Shown piece by piece: positions 12,145-22,986 of a DNA stretch of 57,799 nt (its first letter is position 1; each line of letters starts with the position of its first letter). A program made the translations under genes and the position numbers. The stretch lies in NCBI GenBank assembly GCA_964599705.1, contig CAZRGU010000001.1, positions 1-57,799 of the forward strand. Direction: 5' to 3'. The DNA comes from an uncultured Ectothiorhodospiraceae bacterium (lineage in GTDB: Bacteria > Pseudomonadota > Gammaproteobacteria > HK1). The notes beneath the pieces are model-generated. The model made no database searches and was not told where the DNA came from. It saw only the letters and a list, made by a program, of their open reading frames with translations.

Positions 12145-13067
12145 AGGCTGCTCTCCAGCACCCGGCAGACCAGCTCCTCGAGCTCGATGCCGGCCGCCCG
12201 CGCGGCCATCGGCACCAGGCTGTGGCTGGTCATCCCGGGGGCGGTGTTGGCGTCGATGAACCAGGGCGCGCCGCGCTCGTCGCAGAGGAAGTCGACCCGC
12301 CCCCAGCCGCTCGCCCCGAGGGCGCGGAAGGCCTCGCGGGCGAGCGCCGCGAGCTCGGCCTCGCGGTCCGCCTCGAGCCCGCAGGGGCAGTGGTAGCGGG
12401 TCCCGGCGCCGTCGGCGTACTTGGCCTGGTAGTCGTAGAAGGTGCGCGCGGGCTCGAGGCGAATGAGCGGCAGCACCTCCTCGCCGAGCACGGTGGCGGT
12501 GTACTCGGGGCCGATCACCCAGGGCTCGGCGATCACCTCGCGGTCGAGCGCGCGGGCCCGCTCCCAGGCCGCGGGCAGCTCGGCGGCGGCCTCGACCTTG
12601 GAGGCGCCGAGGCTCGAGCCCTCGCGGGCCGGCTTGATCATCAGCGGCAGGCCGAGCGCGGCGAGCGCCGCCTCCAGGTCGGCGGCGCTGGCCAGCACCC
12701 GGAACGGTGGGGTGGGGATCCCCACCGACTGCCAGACCTGCTTGGCGCGGACCTTGTCCATCGCCAGCGCCGAGCCCAGCACCCCGCTGCCGGTGTAGGG
12801 CAGGCCGATGGTCTCGAGGGCGCCCTGGATGGTCCCGTCCTCGCCGCCGCGCCCGTGCAGGATCAGGAAGACCCGCTCGAAGCGGCCCGCGCGCAGGCGC
12901 TCGAGGACCTGCGCGTCCTTGTCGATCGGGTGGGCGTCGACGCCGGCGCGGCGCAGCGCCTCGAGCACCGCGCGCCCGCTCATCAGCGAGACCTCGCGCT
13001 CGGCCGAGTCGCCGCCCATCAGCACCGCGACCCGCCCGAAGCGCGCCGCCCGCCCGCCCGCGCTCAT
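12141..13067 (-). CDS. ddl: D-alanine--D-alanine ligase
   Basis: ORF 12141..13844 trimmed to [31 protein letters not shown] (ATG 13067, ATGA overlap with the murB stop), 308 aa. Confidence 0.95.
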   Translation of the reverse strand: MSAGGRAARFGRVAVLMGGDSAEREVSLMSGRAVLEALRRAGVDAHPIDKDAQVLERLRAGRFERVFLILHGRGGEDGTIQGALETIGLPYTGSGVLGSALAMDKVRAKQVWQSVGIPTPPFRVLASAADLEAALAALGLPLMIKPAREGSSLGASKVEAAAELPAAWERARALDREVIAEPWVIGPEYTATVLGEEVLPLIRLEPARTFYDYQAKYADGAGTRYHCPCGLEADREAELAALAREAFRALGASGWGRVDFLCDERGAPWFIDANTAPGMTSHSLVPMAARAAGIELEELVCRVLESSL

Positions 13068-13972
13068 CGCCCCTCCTCGGCGCGGCGCCCGACGATGCGC
13101 ACCTCGGGCTCGAGGCGCACCCCCTGCTCGCGCTCCACGGTCTCGACGACCAGCTCGATCAGCGCCTCGATGTCCGCGGCGCTGGCCCCGCCCTGGTTGA
13201 CGATGAAGTTGGCGTGGCGCTCCGAGACCACCGCCGCGCCGATCCGCCGCCCCTTCAGCCCGCAGCGCTCGATCAGGCGCGCGGCGTGGTCCCCGGGCGG
13301 GTTGCGGAACACCGAGCCGCAGGTGCGCTGGCCGAGCGGCTGGGTGGCGGCGCGGCGGGCGAGCAGCGCGCGGGTCCGCTCGCGCGCCGCGCTCTCGGCC
13401 CCCGGGCGCAGCCGCAGCCGCGCGGCCAGGAACCACTCGCCGGCCGGCCCGCGGACGCTGCGGTAGCCGATCCGGTACGCGGAGCGCGGGCGCTCGCGGC
13501 GCACCCCGCGGCGGTCGACCGTCTCGACCGCCTCGACCAGCGCCCAGGTCTCGCCGCCGAAGGCCCCGGCGTTCATCGCCAGCGCGCCGCCGACCGTGCC
13601 CGGGATCCCGGCCAGGAACTCGCAGCCGCCGAGCGCCCGCGCGGCGCAGAAGCGGGCCAGCTTCGGGCAGGCCACCCCGGCCTCGGCGCGGACCCGCTCG
13701 GGGTCGAGCTGGGCGAGCCCCTCGAGGAGCCCCGCGACCCGCACCACGGTGCCGGGGATGCCGCCGTCGCGCACCAGCAGGTTGCTGCCCAGGCCGAGCC
13801 AGAAGAGCGGCTCGTCGGGGGCCAGGGTGGCCAGGAAGGCGCACAGATCGTCGACATCGAGCGGCTCGTAGAGGCGCTCGGCGGGGCCGCCGACGCCCCA
13901 GGCGGTGAACCGCGCCAGCGGCTCGTCGTGGCGCAGCCGGCCCCGTGGCGCGGTGCCGTTCAGGGCGTGCAT
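13064..13972 (-). CDS. murB: UDP-N-acetylenolpyruvoylglucosamine reductase
   Basis: ORF 13064..14731 trimmed to [31 protein letters not shown] (ATG 13972), 302 aa. Confidence 0.93.
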   Translation of the reverse strand: MHALNGTAPRGRLRHDEPLARFTAWGVGGPAERLYEPLDVDDLCAFLATLAPDEPLFWLGLGSNLLVRDGGIPGTVVRVAGLLEGLAQLDPERVRAEAGVACPKLARFCAARALGGCEFLAGIPGTVGGALAMNAGAFGGETWALVEAVETVDRRGVRRERPRSAYRIGYRSVRGPAGEWFLAARLRLRPGAESAARERTRALLARRAATQPLGQRTCGSVFRNPPGDHAARLIERCGLKGRRIGAAVVSERHANFIVNQGGASAADIEALIELVVETVEREQGVRLEPEVRIVGRRAEEGR

Positions 13973-15420
13973 GGCCGATCTCCAGGGGCGAAGCGGGCGG
14001 CCAGCGCCGGGGCCAGGGTGCCGATGTCGCCGGCCCCGAGGGTCAGCACCAGGTCGCCCTCGCGGGCCAGCGCCGGGAGCAGCCCGGCGACCTCCTCGGG
14101 GCGCTCGGCGAAGACCGGGGCGAGCCGGCCGCGGGCGCGCACCGCACGGCACAGGTTGCGCCCGTCGGCCCCCGGGATCGGCTCCTCGCCGGCCGGGTAG
14201 ACCTCGAGCACCACCAGCGCGTCGGCGCCGCTGAGCTCGCGGGCGAAGTCCTCGAGCAGATCGCGGGTGCGGGTGAAGCGGTGGGGCTGGAAGATGACCA
14301 GCAGGCGCCGCCCCGGCCAGGCGGAGCGGGCCGCGGCCAGGGTCGCGGCGATCTCGCGCGGGTGGTGGGCGTAGTCGTCGACCAGGGTGAAGCGGCCGGC
14401 CCCGGCGTCGAGCTCGCCGTGGAGCTGGAGGCGGCGCGCGATCCCGGCGAAGCGCTCCAGCGCCCGGCAGGCGGCGGCGTCCTCGATGCCGAGCTCGCCG
14501 GCCACCGCCAGCGCGGCCAGGGCGTTGCGCACGTTGTGGCGGCCGGGGAGGTTGAGGGTCACCTCGAGCGCCCCCCCCGGGGCGGTGCGCCGCTCGAGGC
14601 GGAAGCGGGTCCGGGTGCCCTCGGCGCGCAGCGCGGTGGCGCGCAGGTCGGCCTGGCCCTCGATCCCGTAGGTCACCAGCGGCTTGGCGACCTCGTCGAG
14701 CATCGCGGCGAGCGTCGGATCGTCGGCGCACAGCACCGCGCGCCCGTAGAACGGCAGGTGGTGGAGGAACTCGAGGAAGGCCTGGCGCAGCCGCTCGAAG
14801 TCCCCGCCGTAGGTCTCCATGTGGTCGGCGTCGATGTTGGTCACCACCGCCATCACCGGCTGCAGGAGCAGGAACGAGGCGTCGCTCTCGTCGGCCTCGG
14901 CGACCAGGTAGCGCCCGGCGCCGAGCCGGGCGTTGGCCCCGGCGCCGATCACCCGCCCGCCGATCACGAAGGTCGGATCGAGCCCGCCCTCGGCGAGCAC
15001 GCTGGCGATCAGGCTGGTGGTGGTGGTCTTGCCGTGGGTGCCGGCCACCGCGATGCCGAGGCGCAGGCGCATCAGCTCGGCGAGCATCTGGGCCCGCGGC
15101 ACCACCGGGATGTGCCGGCGGTGGGCCTCGAGGAGCTCGCAGTTGCCGGGCTCGACGGCGCTCGAGAAGACCACCACCTCGGCCCCGGCGACCTGCTCGG
15201 CGGCGTGCCCGATGCGCACCGTGACCCCGAGGCGCTCGAGGCGCCGGGTCATCGCGCTGGCGCGCAGGTCCGAGCCCGAGACCGCGAAGCCGAGGTTGTG
15301 GAGCAGCTCGGCGATCCCGCCCATGCCGGCCCCGCCGATGCCGACGAAGTGCACCCGCCGCACCCGGCGCATCCAGGCCTCCTCGGCGTAGGGGGCGGGG
15401 ATGGCCAGCGGCTCACTCAT
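13960..15420 (-). CDS. murC: UDP-N-acetylmuramate--L-alanine ligase
   Basis: 486 aa, with [18 protein letters not shown] and [11 protein letters not shown]. Confidence 0.96.
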   Translation of the reverse strand: MSEPLAIPAPYAEEAWMRRVRRVHFVGIGGAGMGGIAELLHNLGFAVSGSDLRASAMTRRLERLGVTVRIGHAAEQVAGAEVVVFSSAVEPGNCELLEAHRRHIPVVPRAQMLAELMRLRLGIAVAGTHGKTTTTSLIASVLAEGGLDPTFVIGGRVIGAGANARLGAGRYLVAEADESDASFLLLQPVMAVVTNIDADHMETYGGDFERLRQAFLEFLHHLPFYGRAVLCADDPTLAAMLDEVAKPLVTYGIEGQADLRATALRAEGTRTRFRLERRTAPGGALEVTLNLPGRHNVRNALAALAVAGELGIEDAAACRALERFAGIARRLQLHGELDAGAGRFTLVDDYAHHPREIAATLAAARSAWPGRRLLVIFQPHRFTRTRDLLEDFARELSGADALVVLEVYPAGEEPIPGADGRNLCRAVRARGRLAPVFAERPEEVAGLLPALAREGDLVLTLGAGDIGTLAPALAARFAPGDRPCTP

Positions 15421-16492
15421 CGAGCAGCTCCGCGCAGCGCGCCGCGACCCGCTCGCCGGCCTCGGGCCGGGCCAGCTCGCGGGCCCGGCAGGCCATCTCG
15501 AGGAGCCGGGCGCGGTCGCCGGCCAGCGCCTCGAGGAGCGCGGCGAGGGTCGCCGCGTCGAGCTCGCGCTCCTCGACGAGCTGCGCCGCTCCGGCCTCGA
15601 CCAGGGGCCGGGCGTTGTGGCGCTGGTGGTCGTCGACGGCGAACGGATAGGGCACCAGCAGCGCGCCGATGCCGGCGGCGGCGAGCTCGGCGACGGTCAT
15701 CGCCCCGGCGCGGGCGAGCACCAGGTCGGCCCACGCGTAGGCCGCGGCCATGTCCTCGATGTAGGGCTCGGGCTCGATGGCGAGGCCGGCCGCGCGCCAC
15801 GCCGCGCGGGCCGCCTCGAGCTGGCGCGGGCCGCACTGGTGGCGCAGCTCGAGGCGCGCCGGGCAGCGCGCCACCGCCTCGGGGAGCACCCGGTTGAGGG
15901 CCCGCGCGCCCTGGCTGCCGCCGAGCACCAGCAGGCGCAGCGCCCCGGCGCGCCCGGCGAGGCGCTCGCCGGGCGGGGCCAGGGCGGCGATCTCGGGGCG
16001 CACCGGGTTGCCGGTGCACAGCGCCCGGCGCCGCGCCGGGAAGCTGCCCGGGAAGGCCTCCAGGACCCGGCTGGCGAGCGGCGCCAGGAGCCGGTTGGCG
16101 AGCCCCGGCACGGCGTTCTGCTCGTGGATCACCAGCGGGGTGCGGCTCAGCCAGGCGGCCAGCCCCCCGGGGGCGGTCACGTAACCGCCCATCCCCAGGG
16201 CCAGGGCCGGGCGCAGCCGCCCGATCAGGGCGAGCGCCGCGGCGAGCGCGGCGAGCAGCCGCGGGCCGGCGGCCAGCCAGCCTCCCAGGCCCTTGCCGCG
16301 CACCCCGCCGATGGCGATGCGATGGAGCCGGTAGCCGGCCGCCGGCACCAGCCGCGACTCGATGCCGGCCGCCGTGCCCAGCCACTCGACCCGCAGCCCC
16401 GCGGCGACCAGGCGGGCGGCGACCACCAGCGCCGGCTGGACGTGGCCGCCGGTGCCGGCGGCCATCAGCAGCACGGTCGGCGCGGCGCTCAT
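15413..16492 (-). CDS. murG: Undecaprenyl-PP-MurNAc-pentapeptide GlcNAc transferase
   Basis: ORF 15413..17470 trimmed to [22 protein letters not shown] (ATG 16492, ATGA overlap with the ftsW stop), 359 aa. Confidence 0.95.
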   Translation of the reverse strand: MSAAPTVLLMAAGTGGHVQPALVVAARLVAAGLRVEWLGTAAGIESRLVPAAGYRLHRIAIGGVRGKGLGGWLAAGPRLLAALAAALALIGRLRPALALGMGGYVTAPGGLAAWLSRTPLVIHEQNAVPGLANRLLAPLASRVLEAFPGSFPARRRALCTGNPVRPEIAALAPPGERLAGRAGALRLLVLGGSQGARALNRVLPEAVARCPARLELRHQCGPRQLEAARAAWRAAGLAIEPEPYIEDMAAAYAWADLVLARAGAMTVAELAAAGIGALLVPYPFAVDDHQRHNARPLVEAGAAQLVEERELDAATLAALLEALAGDRARLLEMACRARELARPEAGERVAARCAELLDE

Positions 16493-17661
16493 CGCGGCCT
16501 CCTCGGCGCCTCGCGCCCGACCCGCGCGATCAGGCCGAGGGCCAGGCAGCTCGCCACCAGGCTCGAGCCGCCGTAGCTCATCAGCGGCAGGGTCAGCCCC
16601 TTGGTCGGGAGCAGGCCGAGGTTGACCCCGAGGTTGATGTAGGCCTGCAGGGCGATCAGCATCGCCAGCCCGTAGCCGAGGTGCGCGGCGAAGCGCTGCC
16701 CGGCGCGCGCCGCGCGCCGCGCGGCCAGCATCGCGCGGACCAGCAGCAGGGTGAACAGGCCGATCACGGTCATCGCCCCGGCCAGCCCGAGCTCCTCGGC
16801 GAGCACCGCGAACAGGAAGTCGGTGTGGGCCTCGGGGAGGTAGAAGAGCTTCTGCACGCCGGCCCCGAGCCCGGCGCCGAGCAGCCCGCCGCGGCCGATC
16901 GCGATCAGCGCCTGGGTGAGCTGGAAGCCGCTGCGGAACGGGTCGTCCCAGGGGTTGAGGAAGGCCAGGAGGCGCTCCAGGCGGTAGGACTTGAGCACCA
17001 CCATGAGGGCCAGCGCGACCCCGATCAGCAGCACCCAGAGGGCGAAGGTGCGCAGCGGCACCCCGGCCAGGAAGAGCATCCCCAGGGTGGTCGCGAACAG
17101 CACCACGGTGGCCCCGTAGTCGGGCTCGGCGAGCAGCAGGCCGGCGAGCAGGGTGACCACCGCGATCGGGCGCGTGAAGCCGGCCAGGGTGCTGCGCACC
17201 TGCTCCTCGCGGCGCACCAGGTAGCCGGCCAGGTAGATCACGAAGAACGGCTTGAGCAGCTCCGAGGGCTGGAGGTGGAACGCCCCGAGGGCCAGCCAGC
17301 GGCGGCTGCCGTTGACCTCGCGGCCGACCCCCGGCACCAGCACCGCGGCGAGCAGCACCACCACCAGCGCCAGCAGCCAGGGACCGAGGTGGCGCCAGAC
17401 GGCCAGCGGCAGGCGCATCGCCAGCCCCGCCCCGGCGAGCCCGAGGAGCACGAACAGCGCCTGGCGCCACAGGTAGTAGAGCGGCTCGCCGCTGGCGCGG
17501 GCCGCGATCGAGGTCGAGGCCGAGGCGACCATCACCAGGCCGATGCCGAGCAGCGCCGCGCCGGCTGCCAGCAGCCAGCCGTCGAAGCCGACCAGCACCG
17601 CGTCGCGCGGCGGGGCGGCCTCGCTCGGCAGGGCCTGGAGCGGCGGGCCGGCGCCGCTCAC
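16489..17661 (-). CDS. ftsW: SEDS-family peptidoglycan glycosyltransferase FtsW
   Basis: ORF 16489..18225 trimmed to the GTG at 17661 (GTGA overlap with the murD stop). It is a polytopic membrane protein with the PEAHTDFLFAVLAEELGL motif. Confidence 0.92.
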   Translation of the reverse strand: MSGAGPPLQALPSEAAPPRDAVLVGFDGWLLAAGAALLGIGLVMVASASTSIAARASGEPLYYLWRQALFVLLGLAGAGLAMRLPLAVWRHLGPWLLALVVVLLAAVLVPGVGREVNGSRRWLALGAFHLQPSELLKPFFVIYLAGYLVRREEQVRSTLAGFTRPIAVVTLLAGLLLAEPDYGATVVLFATTLGMLFLAGVPLRTFALWVLLIGVALALMVVLKSYRLERLLAFLNPWDDPFRSGFQLTQALIAIGRGGLLGAGLGAGVQKLFYLPEAHTDFLFAVLAEELGLAGAMTVIGLFTLLLVRAMLAARRAARAGQRFAAHLGYGLAMLIALQAYINLGVNLGLLPTKGLTLPLMSYGGSSLVASCLALGLIARVGREAPRRPR

Positions 17662-19028
17662 AGCCCCAGCTCCCGGCGCACCGCGGCCTCGAAGGCCAGC
17701 CCGCGCTCCTCGAAGCTCGCGAACATGTCGAAGCTCGCGCAGGCCGGCGAGAACAGCACGGTGTCGCCGCGCCGGGCCAGGGCGCGGGCCTGGGCCACCG
17801 CCTCGGCGAGGTCCTGGGCCCGCGAGATGCGGGTCGTCCCGCGCACCGCCCGCTCGATGCGCGGCGCGTCGCGCCCGAGCAGGACCAGGGCGCGGGCGTG
17901 GCGGCGCAGCGCCGCGCCGAGCGGCGCGAAGTCCGCGCCCTTGCCCACCCCGCCGGCGATCAGCACCACCGGGGCGCGCTCCCCGAAGCTCTCCAGGGCG
18001 CTCACCGTGGCGCCCACGTTGGTGCCCTTGGAGTCGTTGATCCAGCGCACCCCGCGCTGCTCGGCGACCGGCCGGCAGCGGTGGGGCAGGCCCTCGAAGC
18101 CGCGCAGCGCCGCGCACATCGCCTCCACCTCGAGCCCGGCGGCCCAGCCGAGGGCCAGCGCGGCGAGCGCGTTGGCCAGATCGTGGCGGGCCCGGCAGGG
18201 CAGCGCGGCGGCCTCGATCAGGCACTCGCGACCGCGCGCCAGCCAGCGCGCCCCGCCCCGCTCGCGCAGCCCCAGGTCGGCGCCCGCCGGCTCGCCGAGG
18301 GTGAAGCCGATGACCGCCGGGGCGCCGTGCGCGAGCGCCGCCACCGCCGGGTCGTCGCGGTTGAGGATCCGCACCGTGGCAGGCGCGAAGATGCGCGCCT
18401 TGGCGGCCCGGTAGGCGGCCAGATCCGGGTAGCGGTCGAGGTGATCGGGGCTGAGGTTGAGCAGCGCGGCGGCCAGGGGCTCCAGGCTCGAGGTGGTCTC
18501 GAGCTGGAAGCTCGACAGCTCGAGGACGTAGAGGTCGGGCTCGCGCGGGCCGAGCAGCTCGAGGGCCGGCGGACCGAGGTTGCCGCCGGCGCGCACCTCG
18601 AGGCCGGCGCGCTCGGCCATCCGCGCCACCACGGTGGTCACCGTGCTCTTGCCGTTCGAGCCGGTCACCGCCAGCACCGGGGCGCGGGCGGCGCGCGCGA
18701 ACAGCTCGATGTCGCCGAGCACCGGCACCCCGCGGGCGCGGGCCGCGGCCAGCGGCGGGCAGTCGGGCGGCACCCCGGGGCTGACCACGATCTCGGCGGC
18801 CGCGCCGAGCAGCGCGCCGTCGATCCCGCCGAGGCGCAGCTCGGTGGCGGGCAGCTCGGCGCGCAGCCGGGCCAGCTCGGGGGGCGCGGCGCGCGAGTCG
18901 GTGACCACCAGCGGCACCCCGGCGGCGGCCAGGTGGCGGGCGCAGGCCAGCCCGGTGCGCCCCAGGCCGACGATCACGGTCGGGCGCGCGGAGCGCGCGC
19001 TGCGCGGGTCGATCGAGCGTGCCAGCAT
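17658..19028 (-). CDS. murD: UDP-N-acetylmuramoylalanine--D-glutamate ligase
   Basis: ORF 17658..20135 trimmed to MLARSIDPRSARSARPTVIVGLGRTGLACARHL (ATG 19028), with VTGSNGKSTV, 456 aa. Confidence 0.95.
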   Translation of the reverse strand: MLARSIDPRSARSARPTVIVGLGRTGLACARHLAAAGVPLVVTDSRAAPPELARLRAELPATELRLGGIDGALLGAAAEIVVSPGVPPDCPPLAAARARGVPVLGDIELFARAARAPVLAVTGSNGKSTVTTVVARMAERAGLEVRAGGNLGPPALELLGPREPDLYVLELSSFQLETTSSLEPLAAALLNLSPDHLDRYPDLAAYRAAKARIFAPATVRILNRDDPAVAALAHGAPAVIGFTLGEPAGADLGLRERGGARWLARGRECLIEAAALPCRARHDLANALAALALGWAAGLEVEAMCAALRGFEGLPHRCRPVAEQRGVRWINDSKGTNVGATVSALESFGERAPVVLIAGGVGKGADFAPLGAALRRHARALVLLGRDAPRIERAVRGTTRISRAQDLAEAVAQARALARRGDTVLFSPACASFDMFASFEERGLAFEAAVRRELGL

Positions 19029-19039
19029 CGCCGTGCCCC

Positions 19040-20122
19040 TCAGCGGATCTTCAGCGTCGCCAGGCCGATCAGGACCAGGATCACGGTGATCACCCAGAAG
19101 CGCACGATCACCCGCGGCTCCGGCCAGCCCTTGAGCTCGAAGTGGTGGTGCAGCGGCGCCATCCGGAAGATCCGCCGGCCGGTGAGCTTGAACGAGGCGA
19201 CCTGGAGGATCACCGAGACGGTCTCGATCACGAACACCCCGCCCATGATCATCAGCACCAGCTCCTGGCGCACCAGGATCGCCACCACCCCGAGCGCGGC
19301 GCCGAGGGCCAGCGCCCCGATGTCGCCCATGAAGACCTGGGCCGGATAGGTGTTGAACCACAGGAAGCCGAGGCCGGCGCCGACGATCGCCCCGCAGAAG
19401 ACCACCAGCTCGCCGACCCCGGGGATGTAGGGGAAGCCGAGGTAGCTGGCGAAGCGCAGGTTGCCGGTCACGTAGGCGAAGATGGCGAGCGCCCCGGCCA
19501 CCATCACGGTGGGCAGGATCGCCAGCCCGTCGAGCCCGTCGGTCAGGTTGACCGCGTTGCTGGTGCCGACGATCACGAAGTAGGCCAGCACCACGAAGCC
19601 CCAGCCGAGGTCGATGGCCACCTGCTTGAAGAACGGCACGATGAGCTGGGTCTCGGCCGGGACGGTGGCGCTGGCGTAGAGGAACAGCGCGCAGCCGAGC
19701 CCGATCAGCGACTGCCACAGGTACTTGTAGCGGGCCGGCAGCCCGCGCGGGTCGCCGCGCACCAGCTTGCGGTAGTCGTCGACCCAGCCGACCGCGCCGA
19801 ACAGCAGGGTGACGCCGAGCACCACCCAGACGAAGCGGTTGCCGAGGTCCGACCAGAGCAGCGTGCCGGCCGCGATGGCGACCAGGATCAGGGCCCCGCC
19901 CATGGTCGGGGTGCCGGCCTTGGAGAAGTGGCTCTCGGGGCCGTCGTCGCGGACCCGCTGGCCGATCTGGAGGCGGGCCAGGCGCTCGATCATGCGCGGC
20001 CCGACCAGCAGCGAGATGGCCAGCGCGGTGAGCACCCCGAGGATCGCCCGCAGGGTCAGGTACTGGAACACCGCGAAGCCGCCGTGGAAGCGCTCCAGGT
20101 AGGCGGTCAGCTCGAGCAGCAT
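19040..20122 (-). CDS. mraY: Phospho-N-acetylmuramoyl-pentapeptide transferase
   Basis: 360 aa, with [22 protein letters not shown] and [12 protein letters not shown]. Confidence 0.98.
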   Translation of the reverse strand: MLLELTAYLERFHGGFAVFQYLTLRAILGVLTALAISLLVGPRMIERLARLQIGQRVRDDGPESHFSKAGTPTMGGALILVAIAAGTLLWSDLGNRFVWVVLGVTLLFGAVGWVDDYRKLVRGDPRGLPARYKYLWQSLIGLGCALFLYASATVPAETQLIVPFFKQVAIDLGWGFVVLAYFVIVGTSNAVNLTDGLDGLAILPTVMVAGALAIFAYVTGNLRFASYLGFPYIPGVGELVVFCGAIVGAGLGFLWFNTYPAQVFMGDIGALALGAALGVVAILVRQELVLMIMGGVFVIETVSVILQVASFKLTGRRIFRMAPLHHHFELKGWPEPRVIVRFWVITVILVLIGLATLKIR

Positions 20123-20131
20123 GGCCGTCCC

Positions 20132-21478
20132 TCACTCCTCGCCGGCCAGGGCGCTGACCACGCGCTCCATGCGCGCCGCCCGCGAGCCCTTGACCAGCAC
20201 CACGGCGCGCTCGGGCAGCTCGGCGCGGAGGCGCTCGAGCAGCGCCTCAAGGCGCTCGCAGTGCACCGCCCCCGGGCCGAAGCCGGCGGCGGCCTCGGCC
20301 CCGAGCGCCCCGCTGGCGAAGAGCCGCTCGACGCCGCGCTCGCGGGCCAGCCGCCCGGCCTCGCGATGCAGGCGCGGCGCCTCGGGCCCGAGCTCGGCCA
20401 TCTCGCCGAGCACCAGCCAGCGCGGCGCCGGATAGCCGGCCAGCATCTCCAGGGCGGCGGCCAGCGACAGCGGGTTGGCGTTGTAGCAGTCGTCGATCAC
20501 CCGCACCTCGCCGGGGCCGCGCCGCTCCTGCCAGCGCCGCGCCGGCGCCCGCGCGGTGGCCAGGCCACGGGCCAGGAGCGCGGGCTCGTCGACCCCGACG
20601 GCGAGCGCGCCGGCCACCGCCGCGGCGGCGTTGAGCCCGGCGTGGGGGCCGGCGGCGGCGAGCTCGGCCTCGACCCGGCCGCGGGCGGTCTCGAGCACCA
20701 CCCGCGCCCGGCCGGGCCGGGGCTCGTGGCGCAGCACCACCGCGGCGTGCGCGGCGCGGCCGAACTCGATGACCGGCCGCGCCCCGGCCAGCCGCCGCCA
20801 CAGCCCGAGGTGGGGGTCGTCGGCGTTGAGCACCGCCACCCCGTCGGGCGGCAGCGCCTCGATCAGCTCGCCCTTGGCCCGCGCCACCCCGGCCACATCG
20901 CCGAAGCCCTCGAGGTGGGCCGCCCCGGCCTGGGTGATCAGGCCCACCGTGGGGCGCGCGCTGCGCGCCAGGCAGGCGATCTCCCCGGGGTGGTTGGCGC
21001 CCAGCTCGATGACCGCGTGGCGGTGCTCGGGCCCGAGCCGGAGCAGGGTCAGCGGCACCCCGATCTGGTTGTTGCGGTTGCCGCAGGTGACCAGCGCGGG
21101 GCCGAGCCCGGCGAGGATCGCGCCGAGCATCTCCTTGACCGTGGTCTTGCCGGCGCTGCCGGTGACCGCCACCAGCGGCAGCTCGAAGCGCGCCCGCCAG
21201 GCCCGCGCCAGGGCGTCGAGGCCGGCCAGCGTATCGGGCACGCGCAGCGCCGGCAGCGCCACCGTCCGATCGTGGCCGACCATGGCCGCGGCCGCGCCCC
21301 GCGCCCGGGCGTGGTCGATGAACTCGTGCCCGTCGTGGCGCGCCCCGCGCAGGGCGACGAACAGCGCGCCGCGGGCCACGGTGCGCGAGTCGATCGCGCA
21401 GCCGCTGAAGCGCACCGCGCTGGCGCTGGCCCGCGCGCCGATCGCGGCGGCCGCCTCGCCGAGGCTCATCGCGATCAC
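20132..21478 (-). CDS. murF: UDP-MurNAc-tripeptide--D-Ala-D-Ala ligase
   Basis: 448 aa with VTGSAGKTTVKEM; ATGA overlap with the murE stop. Confidence 0.95.
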   Translation of the reverse strand: MIAMSLGEAAAAIGARASASAVRFSGCAIDSRTVARGALFVALRGARHDGHEFIDHARARGAAAAMVGHDRTVALPALRVPDTLAGLDALARAWRARFELPLVAVTGSAGKTTVKEMLGAILAGLGPALVTCGNRNNQIGVPLTLLRLGPEHRHAVIELGANHPGEIACLARSARPTVGLITQAGAAHLEGFGDVAGVARAKGELIEALPPDGVAVLNADDPHLGLWRRLAGARPVIEFGRAAHAAVVLRHEPRPGRARVVLETARGRVEAELAAAGPHAGLNAAAAVAGALAVGVDEPALLARGLATARAPARRWQERRGPGEVRVIDDCYNANPLSLAAALEMLAGYPAPRWLVLGEMAELGPEAPRLHREAGRLARERGVERLFASGALGAEAAAGFGPGAVHCERLEALLERLRAELPERAVVLVKGSRAARMERVVSALAGEE

Positions 21479-22986
21479 CGCCGCCGCCCCCGCAGCGCCG
21501 CGCGCAGCGCCGCGGCGTCGCTGAACGGGCGCCGGGTGGTGCCCACCTCCTGGTAGCGCTCGTGACCCTTGCCGGCGATCAGCACCACGTCCCCGGCATC
21601 GGCCGCGGCGACCGCCAGGGCGATCGCCGCGCCGCGGTCACGCTCGACCCGCGCCCGCTCGGGGTGCGCCATGCCGGCCAGGATGTCGGCCACGATCCGC
21701 TCCCCGTCCTCGCCGCGCGGGTTGTCGTCGGTGATCACCACGCGGTCGGCCCCGCGCTCGGCCGCCGCCCCCATCAGCGCGCGCTTGCCGCGGTCGCGCT
21801 CGCCGCCACAGCCGAGCACGCACCACAGCCGGCCACCGGCCAGCGGGCGCAGCGCGGCCAGCGCGCGCTCGAGCGCGTCCGGCGTATGGGCGTAGTCGAT
21901 CACCGCCAGCGGCGCCCCCGGAAGGCCGTGCAGCTCCATCCGGCCGGGTGCCGGGGAGGCCCTCGCCAGCCCGTCGAGGGCCTCCTCCAGGGGCACCTCG
22001 AGGGCCAGCAGCACGCCCAGCGCGGCGAGCAGGTTGGCGGCGTTGAACTCGCCGAGCAGGGCGCTGCGCAGGGTGCCGCGACCGGCCGGGGTGTCGACCT
22101 CGAGGAGCAGCCCGTCGCGCCCGGCGCAGCGCACCCGGGCGCGCAGCTCGGCACCCGGGGCGCCGCCCAGCGAGGCCCGCCAGCAGCGGGTCGGGGCGCC
22201 GGCCAGCGCGGCCGCGAAGCGCGCGCCGGCCGGGTCGTCGACGTTGATGAGCACCCACTCGAGCCCCGGCCACTCGAGCAGGCGGCGCTTGGTGGCCGCG
22301 TAGCGCTCCATGTCCCGGTGGTAGTCGAGGTGGTCGCGGCTCAGGTTGGTGAACACCGCCCCGGCGAAGCGCACCCCGGCGACCCGGCCCTGGTCGAGCC
22401 CGTGCGAGGAGACCTCGAGCAGGGCGTGGCTGGCGCCCTCGCTGCGCAGCTCGCCGAGCAGCCGGTGCACCGCGATCGCATCCGGGGTGGTCAGCCCGGC
22501 CCCGCGCAGCCGCCCGGGGAAGCCGTGACCGAGGGTGCCGAGCAGCGCGCAGCGCCGCCCGGCCGCGCGCAGCCGGGCATCGAGGACCTGGGCGGCGAGG
22601 TGGCAGACCGTGCTCTTGCCGTTGGTGCCGGTGACCCCGACCACCCGCAGGGCGCGCGAGGGGTGGCCGTGGAAGCGATCGGCGGCCCGCCCCAGGCAGG
22701 CGGCGAGGTCGGCGACCCGCACCTCGGTGGCCGCGCCCAGCGCGCGCACCCCGGGGGGGCCGGCGCGCACCACCGCGACCGCCCCGGCGCGCAGCGCCTC
22801 GGGGATGAAGCGGGCCGCGTCGTGACGGGTCCCGCGGCGGGCGAAGAACACCGCGCCGGGACCGAGCGCCCGGCTGTCGGCCGCCAGCGCGCGGACCTCG
22901 CGATCGAGCGCCGGGGGCACCGCGGCGTCCGCAGCGAGCAGCCAGCCCAGGGTGCGCGAGGTCACCGACACCGCCGCCGCCCTCAT
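21475..22986 (-). CDS. murE: UDP-MurNAc-L-Ala-D-Glu--2,6-diaminopimelate ligase
   Basis: ORF 21475..24486 trimmed to MRAAAVSVTSRTLGWLL (ATG 22986, ATGA overlap with the ftsI stop), with GVTGTNGKST and the DNPR motif, 503 aa. Confidence 0.95.
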   Translation of the reverse strand: MRAAAVSVTSRTLGWLLAADAAVPPALDREVRALAADSRALGPGAVFFARRGTRHDAARFIPEALRAGAVAVVRAGPPGVRALGAATEVRVADLAACLGRAADRFHGHPSRALRVVGVTGTNGKSTVCHLAAQVLDARLRAAGRRCALLGTLGHGFPGRLRGAGLTTPDAIAVHRLLGELRSEGASHALLEVSSHGLDQGRVAGVRFAGAVFTNLSRDHLDYHRDMERYAATKRRLLEWPGLEWVLINVDDPAGARFAAALAGAPTRCWRASLGGAPGAELRARVRCAGRDGLLLEVDTPAGRGTLRSALLGEFNAANLLAALGVLLALEVPLEEALDGLARASPAPGRMELHGLPGAPLAVIDYAHTPDALERALAALRPLAGGRLWCVLGCGGERDRGKRALMGAAAERGADRVVITDDNPRGEDGERIVADILAGMAHPERARVERDRGAAIALAVAAADAGDVVLIAGKGHERYQEVGTTRRPFSDAAALRAALRGRRR